Shown: piece by piece, positions 52,491-64,000 of the stretch
Position numbering within the stretch: position 1 is the stretch's first letter
Layout of the letters: each line of letters begins with the position of its first letter
Assembly: GCA_002189035.1 (NCBI GenBank)
Contig: CM007990.1
Location: forward strand, 4,092,001-4,156,000
Origin: Utricularia gibba
Lineage: Eukaryota > Plantae > Magnoliophyta
Direction: 5' to 3'
Length of the DNA stretch: 64,000 nucleotides
Notes under the pieces: generated by a model
The model's database searches: none
Told to the model about the DNA's origin: nothing
The model's input: only the letters and a program-made list of their open reading frames with translations
Program-made: the position numbers and the translations under genes

Positions 52491-53203
52491 GTATGAACAA
52501 AAATTAAAACTGAAATTGCATTTGAATTATTCCAAGCTAAGAAGCTCCTTACTACACGCCAAGCCGACCAGCGCGAAAAAAGGGTGGGTAGGTCTGTCGA
52601 AACGCTGCTAGACCATCCAGGCCGGCAGAGCAGGCCAAGAACGATCCTCAACGGCCGCCCACAGCGCGGGACTTCAACCGGCTGGGGAGCTATAACATCA
52701 CGCTCTGGTCCAGCAGCCATATTTCATCATCCAGATTTGGTCTTCGTCTCTTTAGATCTCAAGAAGACGGATGTACGAGCCTATAGAACAGATCCTGTTT
52801 AAGTAAGGTCGTGCCATGATTTGCTGCTTGGGTGTTTATAAACGCGGTAGATGATTTGTGATTAGCGATGAGGGATTAACATGTTATACCCTAAAATTTT
52901 AAGAGAATTTTATTTCATGAAATATTAAATAGAAACAATAAAATTATTAATAAAAAATCAAATTAGTTGAAGCCTCTTATATTCTAAAATTAATTAAATC
53001 CATATATAGTATAAATTTATATTTCATTATAAATCAAAAAATGAATACTTTTTTTGATAATTAATTCACAGGGTTAAATATCAATTTTAGCCACAAAAAT
53101 TAACAGACTATTTTACATAAATTAACGCTCCCAAACCTTCTACCATAACTTCCATAAAACAGCTACAGTTTTAATAACTACAGGGCACAAGAATGAGATT
53201 GAT

Positions 53204-56200
53204 TCATGCAGATAAAGTGCAATGCTTCAGCAAAGCGCACAGTTCTTCTATCGAAACTCGCGCACTTCGAAGATCAGCCACCAGCTTCTCCGACATGAAG
53301 CTTGTGTTGCACCTCAGTGCTTCCAGCAGCTTTGCTTTTCTGGTTCCAACCTCGTCTTTTGATCTCTTCAGATCTTCTAACTCCGTTGATTCCATCATGA
53401 GTTCCTGATGCAGGAGTCTGATCTCTTCATTTTTCAAGTCTGCTTCAAAACAGCCTTGATGGTAGTCAAGGATCAAGTTCTCGAGCTCCAGCTTTCCATC
53501 TTCTTGAATTTCCAAGAGCATTGTTTTCTTCTGGAGAATGGATTGAAGTTCTCTGTTGATTTCCTCAATGCAACTTGCTTCTTTCTGGACTTTGATCTCG
53601 AGGGTCTGCATTTCTGTCTCGATTTTATGCAACTCTGTGGTCTTTAACTCTGCTTCCTTCTTTAGAGCCACAAGTTGTTCCTTCTGCAGCTTTATTTGCT
53701 TTTGAAGCTTAGCTTTTTCCTCCTCGGCTTCCAGCAATGCGGTGGCTTTGCCGTGCACTTGCCAAGTCCTCTTGACAACATCACCGGCTGGTTTGTCGAT
53801 ATTACTGTCGATGGTAAAGAGAATTCTTTCACTTTCCGCCTTTTGATTTTCCCCTTCTACCTTAGATTTCAAGCTCAGTATAATGTTTTCCATCTTGGAC
53901 TCTGTTTCTCTAATCTTAGAAAGAGAATCCACCAGTTCTTGTCTGGGAGATTGAAGGCTGGCGAGCTGGTCTTTGTCTCGATTCAGGTGTAGTGTAGATA
54001 AGTACAGCTTCGACATTGTTAAGGCTTCACGCTGCTCGCAGTGACCAAGGGATGAAGAAAAGCTCGTCATAGAGTGTTTCACAGCAGATAGTTTTTTGTT
54101 AACCTGATCTTTTCTATGCAGCAGCTCTAAAAAAACAGCCTTGTCATGCTCACGCTTGTTTTCTTTTTCCAGAATCCTGTTCTCCGCTGTGGCAATTTTT
54201 TCCGTGATCGAATCGACTTCAGTGATTGTTTTCTCTAGTGAACTCAGCATGCTTACTGTTTCTGCAGAGACTACTAGCTTTCCTTGTGCATCAGAAAGCT
54301 TCTTTCTCATTGTGCAGAGGTGCAACAAACTTTCTTCCTTGTTCAAAATCTCCATTCCACTGATATTCTCCATCAGTTCACTTTCTTGACTCTCAGTTAC
54401 TTTCAAGACATCAACTTTCATTTGGTTCACTTCAACTGGTTCATGCAGGCCTGGATAATCGAACTGGCTATGGTCTTTGACTTTTACATCATAAAGGCAA
54501 CCTTCATCCAAAACATGGATGGGCATTACCTGTTCCTCATCGCTATCTACTTCATCCGAGTCAGGAGATTGGCTAGAATCATCCTTCACTTCTACATCAT
54601 ACAAGCTAGTTTCATCCACAAAAGCCTCATTGTTGGGCGCTACAGGATCCTCTAAATTATCGACTTCATCGAATTTAGAACACTGGCTTGATTCATCTTT
54701 CAGCTGCACATCATACAAGTCTGCTTCATTAAGGAAACTCTCATGATCCTCATCCGGAGAACCATAGCAACCATCGTGATCAACTATCTGACATTGCTTC
54801 AAAGAGATCTCTCTTATCATTTCATCTTTCTCTTGCATGGCATTCTCATACAAACCAAACAACTTGTCATTTTCTTCATGCATTTCAGCAAGCTGAGATT
54901 TCAGCCTCTCAATTTCTATTTTCAACTCCACATTCTCGGAGACTTGGCTTGGAACTTCATTTACACCCCCTGAGGTGCTGCAGACCCATCGCAACAATGC
55001 TTTTGTGTATCTGCCACTAGATTTTTATATAACTCGGCCACTTTATTGTTTTCCTCAATCAAATCCTTAAGTTTCACCCTGAGCTCATCATTTTCTTTTG
55101 ACAAGAAAATTGCTGTTTCATGTGCTTCAGCTTCTCTCTGGCTCGCAGCAGCTATTGCATCAACCATAGCTTCAATCTCAGTTTGATTGTTTTGCTCAGC
55201 ATTGAGGTTATCCATCAAAGACTTTATTTCTGTCTTCGCCTCATCAGCCATATTCATTTTTGACAGTTTCTCTTCTTCAAGTTCCTTTTCCAGGTCAGTG
55301 ACACACCTGTACATTTTTTGGAATACGGAAGCAAAGTCACACAAGGAACACACAGCCAAGTTTTTTGAGACTACAAATTCAAATCATTCAGATGAATTTT
55401 AAGCTTGGAGTCAATTACAGGAGAAAAAAAATTACCTCTCTAACTTCTCTTTTTCTTCAATGTAAAACTCAAGCTTTTCACGTAGAAAATTGATCTCTGA
55501 TTGGTATTGAATTGCCTGAGAGTGAAATAATGTATAAGGTTTGATGTCAAGTTCTCTATTATGAAAGTGATTTCATGTAGCTTTATGTACCTGCAGTTTC
55601 AGGAACTCGTTCTCCTCACTCAACAATGACTGCCAAGGTAGATCAGATTCCTGCCATGAAAACCTGTACTTAGCATTTGCTGCACATGATGGTTTGGGAA
55701 TGATAATGACTGTTCCATTGGAATCATGGCAAAATACTGGATTGGTACAAAAAAACACAAGTAATGCAAATGGAAACAAGATACCACTTATGCTGGGTCA
55801 ACTCGAGAACAGCATAATTTTTCAACATATGAGTGCGATTCTAATACTAAACCCCTCATGCTGCCACAGAAATAATTGCTCCAATGGAAAGAAAAAAAAA
55901 GCATGTTCACCCTTTTCCAAAAAATCAAAGCATTATAAATGCATAAAAATGAGAAACATGTGGTGTAAACATCGTAGTAATGATACCTTATTGGAGTTCA
56001 GACGATCATCTTCATTGTGATTTTGAGCATGATTCTATAACAAGGAAAAAAATATGATTTAGCTTCGTATATTTCCTTTTCAGATAAACGTAGTGTAATA
56101 TGGAAAAGAAACAAAAACCTTAAAGGCTGAAATGTCTGACTCGTGCATGAGTTTCCAATCGAGTGCATCTAGCAACTGCAGAGCATAGAAATGATTACAA

Positions 56201-59200
56201 ATAAAGCATGGAATAAATACACGATATCTCACAAATGCAAAAATGCTCACCTTGTTTTGTAAAACCACTATTTGTTCATCCATTCTTTCTCGTTCACCAT
56301 CTTCATAAAAAGACTTCAGTCTGAATATCATGCCAAAATGAGGAGAAATAAAAATTGAGAAAAAGAGAAATTTAGACTGCATAAAAAAATACATTAATTC
56401 AACATGTTTTAAGTTAGTCTTCTATTCCATTGAATAATGATCGACCACTTTCATCAAATCACAGAAGATTGAGGCACCGTAACAAGCTTCAACAAAGGTT
56501 CACCAAAGTGCCAACTTGCCTTCTTATTTCTTCTTTCAGTTTTAAATTTTCCATTGCAAATCTCGTAACCTGTTGGTTACGCTCAACTTGAGAACGTAAC
56601 ACCTCAATTTCCTTCAAATGCTCATTTCTCTCTGTAACCAAGTGCGACTCAACAGGCATTTGTTTTGAGGCAACAGCTTCAAGTCTCTTTATTGCTGCTT
56701 CTCGAAATTTCAGCATCATCTTGAGACATTGAACCTCGTCTTCTCTTTCCATGGCCTGATATGCAACAACATAGTTGATTATCCAACAATGATGGGCTAA
56801 AAAAAAAATAATGATTTTTATCATTAAAACTGAAACTCCTGATCCCTCCAGCAGCAAACAATACATTTCGGCACTTATCACATAATTTCACTGTTCACTT
56901 TCAATTAGCGAAGGTCAAGAGCATTGACAACTCAACTAAGATTCTTATCCAACTAATTCAACAATGCACTGTAAAGTACTGAAAACAAATGGCACAAATA
57001 TATTTCAGAAATTCGGTCATTCAATTGCACATACCAACTGCAGAGCAACTTTATTTTCTGCTTCCAGAGCTTGCATAGCCATATCTTTTTCATTTGCCAT
57101 ACGAATAGCTCCAACAAGCGCAGCATCATTATCCTTTTTCTGAAATTGAAGAATGAACATTAAGATTGACAAATCAATCATAACCTTCCTCCAGAAGCAG
57201 TAAGTCAACATACGCGTGGTAATTTTTTTGCAGATATGAGTGGACTGGAGAACTCGAGTTTTCCGGCCCATTCAATAGACCCAGGAGATCCTGGAAACGT
57301 CGATGTCAATGTATCATGTCTTTCGAACCCTCCATCAACAAGAGCCCTCAACTGAGTAATTTCTTTCTACACAAGACCAAAAATAGGTTTGGTTTAAATA
57401 TATATGGCTCCATCAGTGCAAAAAGCATTCAAGCAAAAGTACATGTGGATGTTTGAAAAGCAAGGATGCATATTTTATTTTCTTCTTTCACCGAACACAC
57501 AGATAAAATGAGAAAGGATGTGATGATCCATCATTTTCAAAACTACGGAGGTGTTTTGATTCATATATTACCTTCAGATTTTGGTTCTCAAGCCTCAGAG
57601 CCAATACATTGCCAGAAGCATCTTCATTAACGATAGCCTTGAAGATAACACAGAAAGAAAAATGAATATAGGCATGAGATATTGGTACCTTTATCTACAT
57701 GAAAGCATCACAGTGAACACAAAACCAAAGCATAATACATTGAATTTAAATTGTGCCATAGCACACAAGATGAGATTCAAAAGAGAATATCATTTCCAGG
57801 CATGTCATCTCTTCAAGAAATGAGAACTAAGCGAATATCCTCTAGGCTAAAGGTAGACTACTCACATGGTTTTTAATAAATTTGGCACGCTGGGCGAACT
57901 TTAATGTGCTCAGAGTTTCCAATGAGCAGCTGTACCGTATTTCATGAGAGTTAAGTAATATGATACGGAATAAAAACTCTATATCTCAATTGAAACATCA
58001 TTTACCTGCTGGAGGGACTAATGTTTGCTATTATTATTGTTTTTGCATTTCCTCCCAGCGAATCCTGATAAAAACAGAATTTAGTCTCGAGACATGTTAT
58101 GAGAACGGAAGAAAAAAGCCCACTTCATTTTGATATCGCTGAGAGGGAAAGGCATATGAGACTTTTACAAAACTAGCAATGAAAAGGAATGCGCATATTC
58201 ACAAACAGTTATTAGAGGCTGGAAGTAAAAATATGGAAACTAGAAACCTTAAAACAACCAGTACGATGCTAGACCTCCATTGGATATGCGAAAAAAAAAA
58301 AACATAGAAAGAAAAGCTACCTGAAGCAAAAATGTGAGCTTTGAATCTCTATATGGAACATGGAGAGATTTTCCATTGGATATGTTCACTAAATTCATTA
58401 TCACAAGTCTGCATGGGTCAATGCAAATCCTTATCCCAAGGAAAATGGCAACAAACTACTATAATTTACAAATGAAAAAATATAGATAATGTACCCTAAT
58501 GTGGAAAGTGACTTGTTGATGTTCGTTGCTTCTTTCAAACGTTCACCATCTGCACCAGTGCTCTTTTGCCTAGAATTGAAATGCATAAGAGATAACACGA
58601 ACCAAATTATTTGTCTCACGGAAGTAAAGTAAGGCTCCCTATCAATATATTATTATCTTATAATTCCAATTTATTTATTTTGCTTTACCTTTCAGAACCT
58701 GCTAAATCCACAAGATTAAGCCGAGCAAACCGATGATGGGTTACACCCAGAGATTCCCACTGAGAATGGATAGATGTGTGCACAGAAAGCATGAGTTAAG
58801 TGGTGAATTTAATATGCAGGGAGAGTTCCTTTCTCTAATCAAGAAATTGTATTTTACCTTACTCTCCACAATGCATGTGAATACACTGTGAGAACGACTA
58901 CTAGCTTGATTCATGTTAGTCGCTGCCACCTTTCTGCTGGCTGCACCCTGAAAAGAACAACAAACACTGAAATTACATATTTTTTCTAAGTTCAAGTTTA
59001 CTCCCTGCGACTTTTGAAAAATCTCAACACTATGTGCGTATTATTTTATACTTTCAGTGAGTTACGTGAATATTGTCTATTAGCCATTACAAAATTGACA
59101 ATACATGACTGTATTTCATGAACCTGTCATCGAGTAAATGAAATTTATATTGCATCCTGATTCTTGTAGAAGGATATAAAATAAACAACAAACCTGGATA

Positions 59201-60929
59201 AGTTGTTGAATCACATCACGAGCACTTGTGACTTCTACCTCACTTATGTTCTCTACATGGATTCCTTTCTTGGAATCTTCCCTAATCTATAAAGATACAA
59301 TGAAATCATTCAACTATTTACACAAGGATTATACGACTAAAAAACATCCAACACATGCAACAGAATCAACAACAGAGATAGATTTTATGATAAGGTGATG
59401 CACAAAATTTGGCTCCACTCTATTTTCTAAAAACAGTTTTACTTGATTGCTCGAACATGCAAAATCAATACCTGTAAATTTGTGGACGAAGGATTCAGAA
59501 GATCAATAATCTGTTCATTATAGATTTCTAAGAAAGAACATCTACAAGTAAATTTTAGCTTATCCTCCCTTCGAGAATCTTTTTCCTACAGTGCAAAACA
59601 AACAAATATAGAACAAAATGGTCATGAATGCTTGACTTCATACCATAGAATTAATTAAAAAAATAACCTTGTGAAACACTAAATTAACCTATGTCATCGA
59701 ATTTAATCATTACCTTTTGGATTCTAGAAAACAAGTAATCAAAAACTCTTGGTGTCATCCCACAGTTGACGCTATGCCTGCGAGCACCTCCTTCGATATC
59801 TCCAAGCATTGTATGAGTCTTCCCACTTCCAGTCTACGTAATGTCGTTGAAATCAAAACATTAATTGCAATGGCAATGTACGCCAACTCAAGCTATCCAG
59901 TCTGATGTATTTAGAGAACAATAGCACTAATCAAAATAGCTACACTAATGCTTCAATATTTCAGAAATAAACAGTGAAACGTATATGATACAAGCGTTAA
60001 GCACCTGCCCATATGCAAACATGCAGCTATTGTAGCCTGCCATGCAATTGTCAACCATTGGCACTCCAGCTACTTTAAACATCATCTCCTTTGAAAATAT
60101 TGTGAACATGAGAGTTGGGACAATTGAGAAACTTAAGAGGTAAACATCAGCATTCTATATTATTTTACCTGGCTAACATTTTCATCAGCCACAAGGTCGA
60201 ATGTGAATCTTGATTCCGGATGCCCTATCCAAGTTATAGTCTGCGATGTATCTTGTCTGATGCATTTGCCATGACCTTGAGATGATACTTCATGACTACT
60301 TAAAGGTCTTATTCGTATAATAACCTACAATAGAAACAGTAATTACAACATACGTCAATGATTAGACAAAGAAATACGAATGAGTCATCGTGATCCATCA
60401 AGACATGAAGTTGTATGCGATGCACCAAGTGTAGGACATCATCTATTGGCAAATAGACTTTTTCTCCATATGTCCACATACCTAGCGCTTCTTGAGCTAT
60501 AATTTCTGCCTTCTTACGTTCAGTTACTATCACAGTTTGAAACCCAAATTAAGAATTTCTTGAAATTTGCTCTTTAATTCATTTAAATGTGAGCAAAACC
60601 AAATTAGAGAAGAATTTCACTAATTGTTTTCCTCCTTACGGAATCAAAATCGAAATTTGCATCTCCAACAATTTCAAATGGGCTTCTTAAATAACAAAAA
60701 CTATCTAAAAAACTGAAAAAAAAACATCATTCTTGGAATGAACCATTCTTACCTGCACATTGTGTTCTTTCCAAAAGTTGGGATCTTCCCGTAACTCAAA
60801 ACTTCCAGTGGCTTCAGCATTATCCGATATGGCGGAATCTTTGCAGGAGTTGCTATGCAGCGGCAAATTATCGAGGGGAACTGACTTCATAATCAAATCA
60901 GGAGAACTACAGCTCTTTGTGAGCGACAT
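53204..60929 (-). CDS. KIN12E: Kinesin-12 family motor KIN12E-like, about 21 exons; 1-bp frameshift at 54966-54970 as assembled
   Basis: [12 protein letters not shown]|VIIRIRP, FAYGQ|[56 protein letters not shown], long C-terminal coiled coil. Confidence 0.92.
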
Positions 60930-61028
60930 TTTGGGAATCAAATGGAAAACAACAACTCGCAATTCAAACTTCCGAACGATTCTCCACAAAAAAAAGGCCT
61001 CGCGATGGAGCACGAGTGGAAAAGCTGA

Positions 61029-61086
61029 CCGTTCGAGTGAAATTTGAAATTTTCGAACAGCGCTCTTCGCTGTGAATTTCAAACGG
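61029..61086. promoter_or_regulatory. MSA cores (AACGG) plus a CHR-like TTTGAA motif upstream of KIN12E
   Basis: CCGTT at 61029-61033, TTTGAA at 61043-61048, AACGG at 61082-61086; MSA elements are typical of G2/M (MYB3R-target) genes. Confidence 0.6.
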
Positions 61087-62094
61087 TGGGGTTCCGTGTA
61101 TATTATTATCATTATTTTGTCCTTTTTTAAATCATTTTATTTATACATCGACAGACACGCCAATATTCATAATTATATATATTTCATAAAAGTGTCAAAA
61201 ATGTATTATAATTAAATTATTGAAGTTTAAATAACTGTAAAACAAGTACTTAATTAGTTTGGTGTGTTTAGTAAATAAGTTGCGATTATTTGAATACATT
61301 TAGTAGGAATATTTAAAAATGAAGGTTTATGAATAAATTATATTAGATAAAAAAATTTGATACTATATAAAAAATTTACATAGAAAATGAGTTTATGTAA
61401 ACCATCAGACAAAGGTTTTATGCAATTATACGCATAATATGTAAAAACAAGTATATAAATCCTTCAATTATATTTATAAAAACTATTCTCGCACATGATT
61501 TTTATTAATCTAACAAGTTTTAGATTTTTTTTTTCAATTATTCTAAACATATTTTGAATATAATTTATATAATATATATCAATCACATTTCAAATTCTAA
61601 CCATATAGCATATATTACTTTAATTAATTAAATTAATTTACCAAATCTCATTTTAGTGTTTTAAAAACAATAGTTCGATCATCATTCAATGGTTTAAGAT
61701 AATTATTGGATTAAATTAGAATCATTCTAAAAATAATGGAAAAATAAAGTATGACTCAATCATGATTCAATCACGATTCAACTGCAATTCAATCATTATT
61801 TGATCATGATTTAACTACAATTTTAAATCATTATTTGATATTTTTTTCATAATAAAAATATTAAAAAAAATTTGAAAAAAAAAACAATCAATTCAATCAT
61901 GATTTATATTATAATTGAACTGTTGAAACTATCAATTATTTGTACTCGTGATTCATGTTTTTTTTTTCATTAATTTAAACACTGCATCATTTCAATTCGT
62001 AAAACTGAACTAAAATTTTACGAATAAAATTGGAGTTTTAAATGGAAATTATGGATGAAATCAAACACAACAAAATACATGGTGGGAATGTGAG

Positions 62095-63323
62095 CTACAA
62101 CCGTCTTGAATATCCAGATCCTCCACACCTTTTGCAGAGTACAAGACCTGCAACAACAACACCGGCATCAGTTTGAATGCAATGTCACTGAAATTTCTTC
62201 ACTAAATGAGCTTAACCTGTACCTGCACCTTTGCAAACTTTACAATCAACAACCCCTGTTTCCACCTTCATCTTGCCCTCAATGCAGAAGACGCATTTCG
62301 TTCCTCCTATCCTACCAAACAACACTTTCTCAGTGTGTGGAAACCCAAAACCGCATAGAACGAACACCGTCGATCAGGATCAGGGACTGGTAATTGAAGT
62401 GTAGCACTAGTGCTTCACTCAACAAGGGTCATTCAACTTCATGGAAAAGGTTTCAGTTTATAATACACTCTCTCAGTGTGTCAAACCCAAACTGCATAGA
62501 ACGAACATCGCCTTTGTTGTGACGAAAAGAAAGTGCTCAACAGTCAAACTTCAAGTTAAGGATCAGGGGCAGAAAATGGAAGTGTAGCACTAGTGCTTGC
62601 TTGCTTTACTCAACAAGGGTCACTCAACTTCAAGGTAAAGGTTTCAGTTTATATAATACGCACTCCTAGAAGCCAATAAGCAATGCTCTTTGAAAAAGTG
62701 CATGTTCTGAAAAATGGAATTCAAAAGGCTTTCTAAGGAGATAGGATGAAGAAGTAGCTATAGCATACCGTTTCCAGCACATCTCTCGCAGGGTACAGGG
62801 TCTCCCTGCAAATTCCCACACAATGATTTCAATAAGAATTCAATGTTAGCAGAAGAGGATTTCATAATCGCACAAGTATCCAATCACTCTGGGGCATCAG
62901 AACTCAAAATCACGCCTGCAGAAACTTACGGAAATCAAATTGAGCATATAGATTTTAAGACTTGAGGCAAAGAACAATCAGAAACTGAAATAAAGTACGA
63001 AGCATTTGATCAAACACCTTGAGGCCAAGAAACAGGGAGGCAACAATGGCGGCCATTACGCTGACCGTGAGAACAACTGTCTGAGTATCCACCGCCGGCG
63101 ATTCGAATCCGGTGAAGAGAAAAATGGGGCGACTTGAAATCGTGGGATGAAGGCATTCGCCAAGCCGCCGCTGGGAAAGTAAACAAGACGCCGGGGACGA
63201 GGATAAGACTGGGAAATGTGAGTTATTACACGTGACAGTTTGGGGGAGAGATGAATTCATCCACAACGGTGATTCAGAAACTGACGTCCGTGGCGCCGGA
63301 TAGGGCGATGGAGTTGCTGCCAT
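62095..63323 (-). CDS. Plastid DnaJ-like zinc-finger protein (4 CxxC motifs, one TM helix), 4 exons
   Basis: Transit peptide ...SLFLGLK|[12 protein letters not shown]|[28 protein letters not shown]|[17 protein letters not shown]. Confidence 0.88.
62321..62662. repeat. Intronic tandem duplication (about 145 bp; second copy has an internal insertion of about 50 bp)
   Basis: TCAGTGTGT..AAACCCAAA.CGCATAGAACGAACA...GGATCAGGG...GAAGTGTAGCACTAGTGCTT...CTCAACAAGGGTCA.TCAACTTCA...AAAGGTTTCAGTTTATA occurs twice. Confidence 0.85.
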
Positions 63324-63472
63324 CGGAGATCAACAGCTTGAGCCGATATGTGGAGCTCCATTTTTTGCATATTTAGAAATCGTAACCCCCAAATTTTAAC
63401 AGTCACCGCACGCACATAAAAAGCTTATCCATCTCGTTAAATGTAAGCTTCCGTTCCCGATTCCCCTGAAAA

Positions 63473-64000
63473 ATGGAAGCCTGCTTCTGCACAGCCGCTC
63501 GAGCATTTTTCCATTTCAGCGATTCCACTTCTTCATCATCTTCTACTAATTTTTCAATACCTTCATTGCCTTGTTCTTTTTCGAGCCATATCTTGGTGCC
63601 CAGCAAAGCATTTCGCAATCTCGGTACGAGAGATTTGACCCGCTTAGTGCCATCCGCTGCACCGCCTACTGCAGAGGCCCCTGTTGATATTCAAGTCACA
63701 GAAACCCAGAACCCAATTCAAGAGTCGGTTCATTTTCCCTTATCTCTTTAGACTGTGTGGCATTCCTCTATTTTCCATGCCACTGAACTCTTGAAGTTCT
63801 TCAGGTCAGGTTGAGTGTACAAGTTCCCACTCAAGTTTGCGATGATTGCTACAAGAAAGTCCTCAGAGAGCTCACAAAGAGAGCAAAGGTTTGATCTTTT
63901 TCCCCTTTTCATTTCCAATTCACAAACTAGCTCTGCCCTTGTAGTCATGGCCTCCAATTTCAGGTCCCCGGGTTTCGTCCTGGAAATATGTTCCGGAGGA
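63473..64000 (+). CDS. TIG: Chloroplast trigger factor-like protein, 5' part (exons 63473-63723, 63805-63888, 63964 onward); two apparent 1-bp deletions
   Basis: Transit peptide, DIQVTET..EPNSR|VRLSVQVPTQVCDDCYKKVLRELTKRAK|VPGFRPG (ribosome-binding GFRPG signature). Confidence 0.88.

Noticed and set aside
18372-63986. Programmed ribosomal frameshifting or coordinated pseudogenisation as the cause of the six frameshifts
   Set aside because: All are -1 events in homopolymers, the genes are unrelated and otherwise intact, and I see no shared slippery heptamer or stimulatory structure. Sequencing error is far more parsimonious.

Overview
Plant (eudicot) nuclear genomic DNA, gene-dense, with AT-rich intergenic DNA and short GT-AG introns. 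There are no prokaryotic systems, CRISPR arrays, rRNA or tRNA genes that I can support. I can reconstruct about 16 protein-coding genes: a Glu-rich protein, a type I MADS (AGL80-like), a DYW-class PPR, POT1, a CDR1-like aspartic protease, plastid SppA, a GH17 beta-1,3-glucanase, a small conserved membrane/coiled-coil protein, a TMK LRR receptor kinase, an LHW-like bHLH, DnaJ J2/J3, an LEA_2 protein, a DUF266 glycosyltransferase, an Omp85 P39-like protein, kinesin KIN12E, a plastid DnaJ-like zinc-finger protein, and the 5' part of plastid trigger factor. There are also two pseudogenes (an APC11 last-exon fragment absent from the ORF track, and a heavily lesioned OEP61 C-terminal half), PIF, MULE and copia remnants, Tourist-like MITEs, and several tandem repeats. 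Most notable observations: (1) a 72-nt intron inside the MADS domain of a normally intronless type I gene, and an 83-nt intron in a PPR gene; (2) six single-base deletions in homopolymer runs that frameshift five otherwise intact genes, most likely assembly errors; (3) the OEP61 pseudogene carries micro-duplications and a templated insertion; (4) three GC-AG introns; (5) a 149-bp head-to-head spacing between two plastid chaperone-like genes; (6) a promoter-like island with no downstream gene. Gene identities come from recognising motifs by eye, not from database searches.
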